64,000 nt of DNA. Origin: Chiloscyllium plagiosum (Eukaryota). Within the stretch, counting starts at the first letter, position 1; each line of letters opens with the position of its first letter. The stretch lies in contig NC_057718.1 of the NCBI RefSeq assembly GCF_004010195.1, positions 30,324,045 to 30,388,044 on the forward strand, in the 5' to 3' direction. Of this stretch, positions 27,325 to 39,994 are shown one piece after another. The position numbers and the translations under genes are program-made. The notes under the pieces are model-generated. The model saw only the letters and a program-made list of their open reading frames with translations. It searched no databases and was not told the DNA's origin.

Positions 27325-27790
27325 TCAGAACAGAAGCATTAGATGCAGTAATAGGCCAGTGACCCATTGAGTCTGCTGCACCATTTGAGAAAATCATGGC
27401 TGATCTATTTTTGACTTCAACTCCACCTTTCTGTCTGCTCAGCATAATCCTCATTCCTTGCCAATCAAAAATCTATTTAACTATGCCTCAAATGTATTTA
27501 AAAACCCAGTCTGCACTGGGGAAGAGAATTCCAAAGACTATCGGTGCTCTGCGACAAAGATTTCTCCTCATCTCAGTCTAAAAAGCTGTTCCTCCCATTT
27601 TAAAATTGTTGTCAACTTTAGACTTTCTACAAAGGGAAAGACTACCTCAGTATTCACTTCTTCAAGTCTTCCAGGATTTTGTATATTTCAATAAGATTAC
27701 CTTTCAATCTTCTGAACTTAAATAGATGCAAGCTCAACCTGTTCTTGTGACCTTTCATCTCATGAATTAGTCAGGTGTACCTTCTCTGAA
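27325..27790 (-). mobile_element. Older CR1 3' end
   Basis: Antisense tail gagtctgctgcaccatttgagaaaatcatggctgatct, similar to the copies starting at 5368 and 55410. Confidence 0.7.
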
Positions 27791-27809
27791 TAGAATTTCG
27801 TGCATAGTA

Positions 27810-28000
27810 TAGTTACTGTTGTAATCTATTTGACATGGCAGACAAGTTATGCACAGCAAGATCCTGCAACTGCTATTGAATACATGGCAAATTAATCTGT
27901 TTTAGCAGTGATGTTGGAAAAATTAATATTGTCCAGTGCACCAGGAAAACGTCTCTGCTCTACTTCAAATCAAACCAGGAGTTCTTTATCCCATACTTGA
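27810..28000 (-). mobile_element. Deu-domain SINE relic (SacSINE1/AmnSINE1-like)
   Basis: gcacagcaagatcc...aatctgttttag...gtgatgttgg...caccagg...ctgctctacttcaaa matches my recollection of the antisense Deu domain. Related copies at 39390-39560 (-) and 40640-40910 (+). Confidence 0.55.
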
Positions 28001-28015
28001 GCAGGAATTTTGTTC

Positions 28016-28330
28016 AACGGTGGCTCAGTGGTTAGCACTGCTGCCTCACAGCACCAGGGGACCTGGGTTCGATTCCCATCTCAGGCAATCGTCTGTGGAG
28101 TTTGCGTGTTCTCCCCGTGTCTGCGTGAGTTTCCTCTGGGTGCTCTGATTTCCTCCCACAATCCAAAGATGTGCAGGTTAGGATGAATTGGCCATGCTAA
28201 ATTGCCCATGGTATTAGGGGCATTAGTCAGGGATAAATATAGGGTCTGCATCGGTTACTTTTCGGAGTGTCGGTGCGGACTTGTTGGGCCGAAGGGCCCG
28301 TTTCCATACTGTAGGGAATCTAATCTAATC
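28016..28330 (+). mobile_element. HE1-type V-SINE
   Basis: A and B boxes, V-domain, tail ttgggccgaagggcccgtttccatactgtag plus tctaatctaatc. Confidence 0.9.
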
Positions 28331-29849
28331 AAACATATAATCTCTTCCAAACACAGCATCTTTCACTGCTTACCAATTTTGCAATCCTGCACTAAAACCT
28401 TAGACAATATTAATGTGCATGTGTCTCAAGTGAGATTGATCCATGACCACCTAAATCAGGCATTGGTATCTCAGCCAAGAGTGACTCTTGGCCTTGGTCT
28501 CTTACTAAATAGTCTATTTGGAATCTCTTGAAAGTTGTGCAAAAATGGCAAAGTGTAGCATTTGATCAGATTTGCTTTTTTGTAAAATCACAGTTCACTT
28601 ATTTTCCAACCTAATTTACCTTTCCCATATTTCCTTGCTAATACTTTTGCTAATATTTTGGCCAACTTCCATTTCTAGTTGAGTAGGTGGATGTGTAGGC
28701 AGAGGACCTGGTGCTAGATTTTTCTTAATGTTGTGAAGTAACCAATGTTTACTGTTGATGGTGTCAGCATGATCACTGAACACGTAAAGGTTCAATTTGC
28801 ACAATGGTGCTGTCACCAATCTCAAAGTTGTCATTATAAGCCGCACTGGAATATAAAAAGGATGTCACTATTTTAATTACTTACTGATCCACTAGAGATA
28901 TGATTCCACCTCTGGCACTGTGAACCTTCATAAGTTTGAGAGATAAAGTGACAGAATGGATGAAAAAACATACTCCCAGGCTACTGCATTACTGTAGTGA
29001 GATGGTCATCTAATGGCACCGGAGAACCGTTTGGTGAAAATGGCTTCCCTATGTGCATCACAGAATCAGAATGGGGATCAAGCATGCATATACATGTCAA
29101 ATCTTGGCACTTTGCAAAGATACCCCAGTGCTTTGCACCATAATATCATCAATTAATAGAAACATGACTGCTTAAACTTGTGAGCCAGGCTGTATAACCG
29201 TAATCCTGGATAATGGCCAGCTGAATAGCTAACAATTACATGTAGTGCAATGATTTGTAAAAGTTGTTGCTTAGCACCTGTATTAAAGGTACCAAGCTAG
29301 CCTACCACTTCTTTAGTATGGAATTTACTAAATTTAATAGGCACTGACCTGATGATCTGAAAGGGTCTGAAATGTCTATTAATATTGAATTTGTGACTAC
29401 CATAGGAGGCAGATTATTGAGAAAGTATATTTCCCAGTGTTGCTTTAACTGTTGGCGAATTATAAGTGTGATTGATATTGTCATGCGCAATTGTCATCCA
29501 CCTAACCTTATACTGAATGCTCCACTACCTTACGATGAGAAGGAGTTTTTGAATGCTTCACCATTTAAAGTGTCATTCACTATTTTGTGGTTTGTTTCTA
29601 GCAGCAAGGGTTATATGTTAAATAAAGCAATTCCTCTTGCAAAGCTTCTGAACTGCGTTAATATTTAGTATGGGCTGCACTGACATCACAGGCAGAATGG
29701 CCTCCTTCTGCACTGTTGCCAATGATTTCCCTCCATTATTGAAGATGGTCATTTCTTACATGCTTGCAAAGAGGCTGTGTACCTGGTTGCAGACATGTAT
29801 GGCCTTTCACAAACAAACTTGAATTCTGTGTTCTTATATATTTTTTCAC

Positions 29850-30202
29850 TTTTCCTGAGGTTTGCCTTCAAGGACATTTTGAATGTCTTCACAGTCTACT
29901 TTGTGGCATTGTCTAAGTTTAAGTAGTGTGTACGTGACCAATTTAGGGATTTTATCATCAATTCTATATACTATGTGTACACTGCATCTGAGCTGGGATC
30001 TGATGATGCATACTTCGATTGTGTCTTTATGGCTCTGCTGCAATGCTTTCAGAATTAATAGCAAATCCCATTTCCTCAACTACATCTGTTAAGGCAACCT
30101 TTTTTGTACACTTGGGAAAGAGGATGTGTTCTCCTTCACATGTGGACACCAGCCTGCATATGACTGTCCCCTAATTTGACCTGCAAACTAACAGTTTTAT
30201 TA
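29850..30202 (-). mobile_element. RTE-like LINE relic, copy 1 (continues at 33206-33290 beyond the Tx1 insertion)
   Basis: Antisense MGFAINSESIA (APE GVGFAI-like) joined to IIRSQLRCSVHIVYRIDDKIPKLV (RTE QLRWAGHV..RIPK-like). Confidence 0.55.
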
Positions 30203-33200
30203 ATTTCAAAAATATACTTTATTCATAAAATAATTTGATGGTCTGTACAGTTGGTCATGCCATACATACGTAAACATTTACATATAGAGATCAGAATTTA
30301 TCATTTGTATATACAGGTCTGTACGTTTATCAATCATACGTCCATATATTTAGCTTAGACGTCAGCAGAGCCCAAATGACTGCGTGGGCCTCCTGTTGTT
30401 CTTAGGCAGGCAGATGTTACACGGTGGTCTTTCCCCACCGCGCCTTGGCGGCAGCTGCCCCAAGCTTCAGCGCGTCCCTCAACACATAGTCCTGGACCTT
30501 GGAATGTGCCAGTCTGCAACACTCAGTCGGGGTCAACTCCTTCAGCTGGAAGATAACAGGTTTCGGACCGCCCAGAGAGCGTCCTTCACCGAGTTGATGA
30601 TGCTCCAGGCACAGTTGATGTTCGTCTCTGTGTGCGTCCCGGGGAACAGACCGTAGAGCACGGAGTCCCGCGTCACGGCGCTTCTCGGGACGAACCTCGA
30701 CAAACACCATTGCATTCCTCTCCAGACTTCTGCGTCGGCACATTCCAGAAGGAGGTGTGTGACAGTCTCTTTCCCCTCCGCAGCTGCTTCAAGGGCAGCG
30801 TGTGGTGCAGCCGAGAGTCTGGGCATGCATAAAGGATCTCACAGGCAGAGCCCTTCTCACCACCAGCCAAGCCATGTCTTGGTGCTTGTTGGAAAGTTCT
30901 GGAGATGAGGCATTCTACCAAATGGCTTTGACAGTCTGCTCAGGGAACCCTCTCCTTTTCCCGAAAGGTCTCAAGGACACTATGTGCTGACCACTTCCTG
31001 ATGGACTTGTGGTCAAAAGTGTTTTTCTTCTTAAACTTCTCCACGAAGGACAGGTGATACGGAACAGTCCAACTACTCTCGGAGCGTTCCGCGGCAGCGA
31101 GGCCAGGTCCATCCTTTGCAACACCGGGGACAGTACGTAGTGACACTTAGTGTTTGCGTACTGGGGATCCACGCACAGCTTGATGCAGCCACACACAAAG
31201 GTGGCCATCAGGGTGAGGGTGGCATTGGGTGTATTTTTTTCCCTCGTTGCCCAGATCTTTATACATCGAGTCCCTTCGGACCCGGTCCATCTTTGACCTC
31301 CATATAAATTGGAAGATGGCCCAGGTGACTGCAGAGGCACAGGTTCTGGGAATAGGCCAGACCTGTGCCAGATATAACAGCAATGACAGTGCCTCACACC
31401 TGATGACCAGGTTTTTTCCCGCAATGGAGAGCGACCGTAGCTTCCATCTGCCCAGTTTCTGCCTCACTTTGCTGATACGCTCCTCCCAAGACTTGGCGCA
31501 CGCCCCAGCTCCCCCCCCCGAACCAAATACCCAGCACCTTCAGGTGGTCGGTCCTGACGGTGAAGGGGATCGAGGATTGGTCGGCCTAGTTCCCGAAGAG
31601 CATGGCCTTGTTCTTGCCTCCGTTTACCTTGGCCCCCGAGGCCTGTTCGAACTAGTCACATATGCACATGAGTCTGCGCACGGACAGCGAATCCGAGCAG
31701 AAAACGGCGACGTCATCCATGTACAGGGAGGCCTTAACCTGCAGGCCCCAGCTGCCAGGAATAGTCACCCTTCTCGGGCTCGCATCCTTCCTGATGGACT
31801 CGGCAAATGGCTCTATGCAGCACACAAACAAGGCAGGAGAGAGAGGGCAGCCCTGCCTGACTCCAGATCTAACTGGGAAGCTATCTGATTCCCACCCATT
31901 GATTGAGACTGCACTGACAATGTTGGTGTAGAGCAGTCTAATCCAATTGCAGATTCCCTACCCAAAACCCATTTTGGAGAGAACATGGGTCTGGGTGGGT
32001 TGCGCTTTGGCGGGTCTGTGTGGCATTGTTGGGCCGAAGGGCCTGTTTCCACACTGTAAGTAATCTAAAAAAAATCTCTCATATACGTGTGTGATATCCT
32101 GTCAAAGGCTTTCTCCTGGTCCAGGATGATCAGGCAGGTGTCCAACCCTCTGTCCTGCACGTAGGTGATCGTATCCCTGAGGAGTGCGAGATTCTCAGCG
32201 ATCTTCCTGCCCCGTACAGCACATGTTTGGTCAGGGTAAATCACTGACCCCAAAGCAGGCCTGACCTGGTTGGCGATTACCTTTGACAGAATTTTGTAAT
32301 CCGCATTCAACAGTGAGATTGGTCTCCAATTTTTGAGTTCCTCCCTCTCCCCCATCTGCTTGTAGATGAGGGTGATGATGCCATTCCTCATGGATTCATT
32401 CATGGTACCTGCCCGAAGCATATTGACATACACCTCCAGCAGGTCCTGGCCAATCAAGTCCCACAGAGGAGAATAGAGCTCGACCGGTAAGCCGTTGCTT
32501 CCAGGAGTTTTGTTCTTTTCGAAGGACTCGAGGGCCTTGGTGAGCTCATCCAGAGTTAGTGGCTGGTCCAGCCTCTCTCGTGTTCTGTCGTCTAAGGCCT
32601 CCGTGATAGAGGACAGGAACGACTGGGAGGCCGCACTGTTGGTTGGCTTCGAGTCATACAGACTGGCATGGAAGGATTTGCTGATCCTCATGACGTCAGC
32701 CTGAGATGACGTTATCGAGCCATCTTCTTCCTTCAGGGTGCTGAGCACGGAGCTGTCTTTGTGCACCTTCTGGAAGAAGAAACGTGAGCACGTCTCGTCC
32801 CGCTACACCGAGCGGACCCTGAACCGGAAGATTATCTTGGAGGTCTCCGAAGCAAAGAGCGAGGCTTGCTGGCCGATTACCTCCTTGAGGTCCTCCTTGA
32901 CATTGACCCCCATCGTCTGCAGCAGGAGCAGGTTCTGCATACTTTCCTAGAGCTGGGACAGTTTCCCCGCCTCTCTCTCGCCTCCTGAACACCTTTGAGG
33001 ATGAAGAACCTCTTGATGTTCCCTTTTACTGTTTCCCACCAGTCCGCTGGGGACTCAAAGAGGGGCTTCACGGTTCTCCAACCTGCATCGTCCCTCTTGA
33101 GCTCCTCAATGTTTCCCGGGGTCAACAGCTTTGTGTTCGGCTTCCACGTTCCCTTACCAGCCCGCTGCTCGTCCTATAGGTGACAGTCGGCCAGCAGGAG

Positions 33201-33205
33201 GCGGT
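30203..33205 (-). mobile_element. Tx1-clade (L1 group) non-LTR retrotransposon, 5'-truncated, frameshifted ORF2
   Basis: KTPGSNGLPVELY, KNWRPISLLNADYKILSKVIAN, DQEKAFDRISH, GVRQGCPLSP (about 31837-31865), LYMDDV (31709-31726), zinc-knuckle ETVTHLLLEC. 3' AATAAA near 30218. GC- and CpG-rich relative to the flanks. Confidence 0.9.
31986..32066 (+). mobile_element. HE1 SINE 3' fragment inserted into the Tx1 RT domain
   Basis: tgggtctgggtgggttgcg...gggccgaagggcctgtttccacactgtaagtaatcta splits HTYMRD from VLSKMGFG. Confidence 0.85.
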
Positions 33206-33599
33206 GGTCCATGGCTGCTATCATGTATAAGCAGAACTACAGACGAGAACTTGCTGAGTGCTGATGAAGCGTGCAGTGATGTAGAGTGCAGCTGATTGCA
33301 CCTTGTGAACCCCATCAAACTACTTATTATGCCTGGAGTATCAAATTCAAGTCTCAAAGGCATGTAAGAGAGTAAATATTACCACAGATTTGTACAGAGC
33401 AAGTTTTTTGTTTTAAGTTTGATATCGCATTTTCCCCACAGTTCCTTTCATAAACATATTAATGCTGAGATTTCATAGGCATTTTTATTTGGTGTCTAAA
33501 TTTCCATGCAGATATTTCTAGAGCTTGTGCTGCTGCGATGAAGTTACCTGCAGCCTTTAGGGTTGTGCCAGGAATGTCTGTAGGAATATTTGATACATT

Positions 33600-33940
33600 G
33601 TTTAAAAGATTCCAAAATTCTCTGGATTCTGAATAGGTCTGAGCAGATTGGAAAATCACAAATACAATACCATTAATCACAAAAGGAGGGGGACAGAAAG
33701 CAGAATACCAGCAGTTAGTCCAATGTTCTCCATTGGAAAACGTTTAGAATCCAGTATTAATCAGGTAGTAGCTAGAATTTAGAAACTCATTATCAGGCTG
33801 AGACAGCATCGCTTTGTGAAAGGAAAATCATGTTGAGCAAATAAATTGTTTGAGGTTGGAGCAAGAAAGGAAGATAAAGGGAATAAATCAATGTATGTTT
33901 GGATTGCAACATGTATTCCACAAAGTTCCATATAACATTT
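33600..33940 (+). mobile_element. Degenerate CR1 RT N-terminal fragment
   Basis: Relic of SLDSG..DWK.ANVTPLFKKGGRQK..YRPVS and QHGFVKGKSC motifs. Confidence 0.6.
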
Positions 33941-33944
33941 TCCC

Positions 33945-34495
33945 AACATCTTGATTTACCCAGAATAACGTCCCAAGTTTGATGGTCAGCTTCTACCTTA
34001 TGTTGCAGTCTCTGATCACAGTAAGTTTGCTTCCTCGTGGCATATTTGGTATAACTCTGTCGAGGTCTTCTGAACTTGTCCTTGATACCCTGGGGTCTAG
34101 TTTAGTGTCTAGCATATTTCACATTTGTTTCCAGTGGCTTGACAAGTCAAGACAACTGGAGAGGTGACTGGCTGCAGTCGATGATCTGCAGCACCTTCTG
34201 CATTTGTGGAGATATGGATTGCTGTTGTCCTCATAGTTGTGCTGCAATGCTTTCAGAATTAATAGCAAATCCCATTTCCTCAACTACATCTGTAAGGCAA
34301 CTTTTTTTGTACATTCAGGAAAGAGGATAAGTGTTCACCTTCACATGTGGACACCAGTCTGCACATGACTGGCCTCTAGTTTGACCTGTAAACTGACACA
34401 GTTATTAGGACCGTGACTGCTATCATGTACAAGCAGAACTACAGACAAGAGCCTACTGAGTGCTGTCAACACTGACATCAGCAGTGATGTAGGAC
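33945..34495 (-). mobile_element. RTE-like LINE relic, copy 2 (APE endonuclease region)
   Basis: Antisense, across frameshifts: MGFAINSESIAAQL...IKDKF.EDLDRVIPNMPRGSKLTVIRDCN..VEADHQTWDVILGK, resembling the RTE KDKFYEDL..KL.VLGDFNARVG.D..TW.GVLGK motif. Confidence 0.65.
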
Positions 34496-34575
34496 GTAAC
34501 TGACTGCTGTAAAGGGGTTTCACTTTCTCTGTTCTCTCACTTGCTCACTCACATTCATGCAGATGTTTTGTGCTA

Positions 34576-34753
34576 GAGTCATAGAGATGTGGAAACAGCA
34601 TGGAAACAGACCCTTCGGTCCAACTCGTCCATGCAGCCCAGATATCCTAACCTAATCTGGTTTCATTTGCCAGCACTTGGCCCATATCTCTCTCAACCCT
34701 TCCTATTCATACACCCATCCAAATGCCTTTTAAATGCTATAACTGTACCAGCC
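34576..34753 (-). mobile_element. HER1/CR1 3' end (an upstream RT piece resumes at about 35515-35660)
   Basis: gtcatagagatg...catggaaacagacccttcggtccaac, close to the copy starting at 53166. Confidence 0.85.
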
Positions 34754-35512
34754 CCTGAGGCATGGTACATTGGTGAAACCAAGCAAAGGCTACGGCAATG
34801 GATGAATGGGCACTGCACAACAATCAACAGACAGGAGTGTTCCCTCCTAGTTGGAGAACACTTCAGCGGTCCAGGACATTTGACCTTGGACCTTCAGGTG
34901 ACCATCCTCCAAGACGGACTTTGGGACAGGCAGCAGCGAAAAGTGGCCGAGCAGAGGCTGATAGCTAAGTTCGGTACCCATAGGGAGGACACACAAACTG
35001 CCACCCCAGCCAGACACACACACATAAAAACCCACATGCACACATACACATATATGCCTGTGGGGTGAATTTGTACTTGCAGAGTTACATTGTACTTTGC
35101 TCAAAAACTGCATGAATCCATGTTAGACTCTGTTAACTCACTTTTTAGATTAGAATCAGTCTAAACGTTATGGCACAGACAGGGAACTCAGGGGGCTAAC
35201 ACCTTCAACATCTCAACATCTTATCTGCGCTGTAACCAATTGTTACAGTTAACCTGAGAATGTAACTTTAAAAAAATGTTTTGTGATTTACTTATGAAAG
35301 AGGTGAAACTGTCATGGCCATTCTAACAGATGAGAGACTTAATAAACAATCAAGGTATTTTTCAATGTATAATTTCAGTTACATCAACTGTAAACTTTTG
35401 TCTTACAATTGCGTGCCCCACAACCACCTGATGAAGGAGCAGCGCTCCGAAAGCTAGTGCTTCCAATTAAACCTGTTAGACTATAATTTGGTGTTGTGTG
35501 ATTTGTAACTAT
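34754..35512 (+). mobile_element. Penelope-like element 3' portion (family D): GIY-YIG endonuclease remnant, 3' region and hammerhead core
   Basis: WYIGETKQRLRQWMNGH...VGEHFSGPGH...QRKVAEQRLIAKFGTHRE. Motif cac-ctgatga-aggagcagcgctcc-gaaagcta-gtg at 35425-35459. Confidence 0.85.
35425..35459 (+). ncRNA. Minimal type I hammerhead ribozyme motif (PLE-associated)
   Basis: Intact CUGAUGA and GAAA boxes, 5 bp helix II (GGAGC/GCUCC), palindromic AGCU in place of helix III, CUA cleavage triplet, helix I CAC/GUG. Activity untested. Confidence 0.6.
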
Positions 35513-35769
35513 GTTCATGGTGTCATCTGGAAGCTATACCTCCTATGTTCACATCCAAATCATTTATCCAAATGATGAAAAGCAGTGGACCAGGCTCTGA
35601 TCCTTGTGGCCCTCCACTAGTCAGAGGCCTCCAGTCTGAAAGGCAACCCTCTGTATTAACTTTATCTTCACCATTTTTGGTTTTCCTTTGTTTCAAAACT
35701 TTGCTAATTTTTAAAAATTTTCAAAAATGTTAATTGTTCTTTTCTTTAAATTGTTCATATTTCTGTTGT

Positions 35770-36180
35770 CACCAGACGTAATTATTCTAAAGCTCGCCTG
35801 GCCAGCTTTCCACCTTCTACTTTCTGATTACTTTGGTCCATCTAAAACCTGCTCCTCTGAGTCCCCTTCACCCATTAACCTTCTACTTACACTCCTTCTC
35901 CTCACAGCTCAAATTTTAAAGTCTCAGCCTTGGGTTTATAAACCTCACTTACATAAGTGTAAACTCCTCGACCATTACAAATCTATGAGATTTGTGCTTT
36001 TCAAATTATAGCATCTTGTGAATTTCTGATTTTTTTTTTCTTTTACTCCACTGTTGGCAGCTGTGCCTTCAGATATCTGGGCCATCAAAACTGGAGGTCC
36101 CACCCTAAACCTCTCTGCCTCATTTCCCTTCCTCCTTGAATTCTATTCTTAAAGCATTAACTCTTTGTTTGACTCTTTGA
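35770..36180 (+). mobile_element. L2-like LINE 3' relic
   Basis: Degenerate words aaattttaaagt..tgggtttataaacctc and ctgtgccttcag..ctgggcc..ccctaaacctctctgcctc. Confidence 0.45.
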
Positions 36181-36199
36181 TGACCTGTTGTAAATACCA

Positions 36200-37320
36200 T
36201 TGAATCATATAGCACAGAAGAAGAATTTTGTTTTTATTTAAATAAACCCTCTCTTTTTTCAACTATTAACTGAAATCTGTACCTCTGGTTACTGACTTTA
36301 TTTCTTTGTTAAGATTCTACATGTTAGCTCTATTAAACCATTTCATAATTTTGAATACCTCTAGCAAACTGAATCTTAACTTTCTTTGCTGTAAAGGGAA
36401 CAACCCCATCTTTTCCACACTCTCTCTATAATTAGTATATCATCCCTGGTCAAATTCTAGTAAATCCCATCCACGCTTTCTTTAAGATCTTGATAATTTT
36501 CAAAGATGCACACAAAATTGAATATAATGTTCTAGACGAAGCCTTATCGGTCAGCTCATACCAATGCTTTTATAATGTATTGGCAAACTTTTATTGTTTC
36601 AATTGTATTAGCAAGTGTCCAATGTTCTTACATGGCCTTCTCAATTTATTTTGTTATCTTCAAATCCCGTAAATATCTCTGTTACAAAAATTCTACAATT
36701 TGGTTAATATTGTCTCTCTTCATTCTTCATACTTCTTGCTAATGTCAATGTGTCTTATCCATTTCACCAATCCATGACCTCCCAAAGTCTGTTATTTTCC
36801 TTTGCATTATTTACAATATGTCTGACTTTTGTATCATCTGAAAACTTTGGAATTAAGCCCTGCATTCCCAAGTTGAGGTAATTTTAATATATAACAAGCC
36901 CTGAGGAACACCATTTTATCTTTTCCACGAGACTGCAATATAGCAATTCACCACCGATCTATACTGTCTCTTAGCCAATGTTTGTCTTCATATTGCCCCA
37001 TCCCTTTGACCCTATTGGCTTCAATATAACTCTTGAATCTATAATGTGGCAAGTTGTGAACCTTTGAACATCCATATGAAAATATTACTTTTTCTACCCT
37101 CAGTAACCTTGTCTGTCACTTCATCAAATAACTCAATTAGTTGGATGAACAATCTTTGCCACCATATATCCAGTTTAGTCTTTAACTTATTAGACCATGA
37201 TTTTACCAAATGGCAATTCATTTGTGTTTTGACCTTGAGAGATTCCTCGCCATTGAAATTGGGCTGACTGACTTGAGATTGTTAGAGTTTCCCCTCCTTC
37301 CCTTTTTCAACTGGGAGGTG
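36200..37320 (-). mobile_element. Very degenerate CR1
   Basis: Antisense tttgtatcatctgaaaactt (KFADDTK-like); ORF 37039-37221 has LIELFDEVTDKVTEG. Confidence 0.6.
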
Positions 37321-38963
37321 TGGCTTAATGTCAAATTCGATCTGATAAAACTCCTCCAAAGCATTTTGGATGCTTTACTACAGTAAGGATGCTATACAAT
37401 TGCATAATTTAGAGACTGCCCTATCAGCTTTCTGTTGTCATGAAAAATATTTAAAATGACATTTAAAAAATTATTCCATAATGATCTGGACAGTCGAGAG
37501 ACCTTTTAAATGAACTTTGTACTAGTTTCCGTTCTAATGGAGTGAAACTGAAATAAAGGGAGATTTATCTACTGCAGCTCATACTTTTTTTTAGAACCAA
37601 GGTAATGATTTAGGTAAGTTGACACTTGTTGCATTGACGACATGATCATATTGACATAAATGGTATGGTTTATCATATACTTCAAGATCCAATTTCTACT
37701 GTTTTAAAAGTAATGTTTTAACTGTTCGGGTAAACATTCTCCTTGCATCCAAACAGTTGTGGGATTCCGTGTTAAATAATGGATCAATTACCTGAAGCAT
37801 CAAGCTGTTTTGTTCTTGTCTTTGTTTTGCAGATTGTGGAGGATGATATTTGTTTGCTAGGTTTCTTTGTTTCAGACTGAGTAATTTGCACCCGAGATAA
37901 AATGAAGCTTGCCCCCCAGACCCTTCCTATCAGTAAATAAACAATGATTTGGAATTTAGTTAATGGCTCCCTCCTGTGTAAAGCATAGACGTCAACAATT
38001 GCACTCCTGGACTAAACCAAGAAGTGCCTCTTTGGTTGTGAAGGTGTTTAATGCAAATTTGTTCTATAGCTCATTCAGCCCTAGGGTACCCTTCTTTTGA
38101 TTTAATTAAATGTAATTGGTTATATTGCTCCTCCCAGGCCCCTGAGGTGTTTTTGTTTATTGCTTGCCCTGATCGATAATGCTTCAATTCAAGGGACAAA
38201 GATGTTGCACAAATAAGAACACTTATCCCAGGCAGGATTTGCAGCCAAGATTATTCATCCAAATAACTTTGGTTACACTGCGAAAAGTAAATGACCAATG
38301 AAGAAAGCTGTGGGTGGGTAGGAGAAGCAGCATTTGTAATGCACTAGGAGGAATTAACCACTCCGATGAGGTGACATGAGATTAGGAAAGGAAATTAAGT
38401 CTGCAAATTAAATTTAATAGTGAACACAAACACAAATAAAAGCCACCTGGATACTATTGTCAAATCATCAGTGGAACTAAGGATATTACCTTGATTACCA
38501 TGTAATTTGAAATTAATTAAGAGACTACAAACAAAACATTTCCAATGAAGTGTTACTTAAAATGAATAAAATTCCAACTGGCATTTGATTCAATGAATTA
38601 CTAAAACGGTTTCAGGATTACTGACTTCGTTGTTATTTATGGGAGAGGGTAAATTCCAAAATGGAATGACTTTTGGTTTTCCTCTTTTGTATATGAATAT
38701 ATTCAAAGTGACTAAATCCATTGTCAAGTGGAACATTAGGTATTGTAACATTTTTTTATTTAATCTATTTTTCTAATCAATCCGTTTAGAGATGTTATTC
38801 CATACCTCCGGAGCAGGTGGAGCTTGAACCCATGCCGCCTGATCCGGGGTAGGGACATTGCCTCTGTGCCAACAAAAGGTTACCAGAACATCAGCATTTG
38901 GCCCACACTGATCCTCCCGAAGGACATTACACCCAGATGCAAATTGCTACTCTATTTCTATAA

Positions 38964-39087
38964 GGAGAAAGTGAGGTCTGCAGATGCTGGAGATCAGAGA
39001 TGGAAATGTGTTGCTGGAAAAGCGCAGCAGGTCAGGCAGCATCTAGGGAACAGGAGAATCGACGTTTCGGGCATTAGCCCTTCTTCC
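38964..39087 (-). mobile_element. PLE end (family A)
   Basis: Near-identical to the reverse complement of 85-210; flanked by ctataa on both sides. Confidence 0.8.
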
Positions 39088-39094
39088 TATAACC

Positions 39095-39296
39095 AAGCAT
39101 TTATCATGGTTAATCTAACTAGCCTACACACCCCAAGACACTGTGGGCAATTTACCATGACCAGTCCGCCTAACCTGCATATTTTTGGACTGTGGGAGGA
39201 AAACCACACAGACACAGAGAATGTGCAAACTCCATACAGACAGTTGCCTGAGGCCGTGAGGCATCAGTACAAACCAGTGAGCCACCATGCCACCCA
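39095..39296 (-). mobile_element. HE1-type V-SINE, partial
   Basis: V-domain and an internally deleted head. Confidence 0.8.
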
Positions 39297-39994
39297 AAAG
39301 ATTACTCTACCATTGTCATCATGTGCAGTAATTTGCTGCAAACTGGTATCTCTACCATCCCAAATGCAACTACCATGAATAAAAGAAAAGCTTACACTTA
39401 ACCAGCACCTTCCACAAACTCAGGGCATCCTAAAGCACTTTAAGGCTGATTAAATACTTTTGAAGTGTAATTAATCTTATAATAAACATGATGGTCAATT
39501 CCTGCACAGTAATACCCACAAACTGAAATGTGATAATTACTAGATATTGTTTTTAGTAGTATTGCTGTTGTCGACAAGTCCAAAGTAAATTACTTGTGCA
39601 AACTAAATAGGTTCTTTGAGTGCAAATGCAAAATACTGCAGATGCTGGAAATCCGAAATAACATCAGAAAATGCTGTAAGTAATCAGGTCAAGCAGTATC
39701 AATGCCAAGGGAACAAGGTTATTATTATGTTTTTCTTATTAACCTATGTTTTAAGGAAGTTTAGACCTCCTCTCAATTCTGAAATCTGACACTACATAGA
39801 TTTTACTCCACTGTTGTGGATTTTCTTCATGTCTGTCTTTTGTTGGTGAAGCACCAAATGATGACTTGTGACTACAATTTCCTCAGCTGACAGCCAGCTG
39901 AGTGCCAATCTGACTTTCTGCCCAGGGTAATAGAGAAGGAAGTCTGCTTTCCAGGATCTTGGGCATTTCTTACAGTCTAACTGTAAGACTGTAA

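Noticed and set aside
31229..31888. 219 aa plus-strand ORF
   Set aside because: Antisense shadow of the GC-rich Tx1 RT region, with no independent protein features.
32065..32766. 233 aa RT ORF as a functional gene
   Set aside because: Fragment of a truncated Tx1 ORF2, broken by a SINE tail and frameshifts.
34589..35068. 159 aa ORF with GIY-YIG as a domesticated nuclease
   Set aside because: Chance fusion of an antisense CR1 tail, a PLE fragment lacking the GIY half, and a CA-rich tract.
38824..39378. 184 aa ORF
   Set aside because: Runs across a SINE head, a PLE end and an HE1 fragment; a patchwork of repeats.
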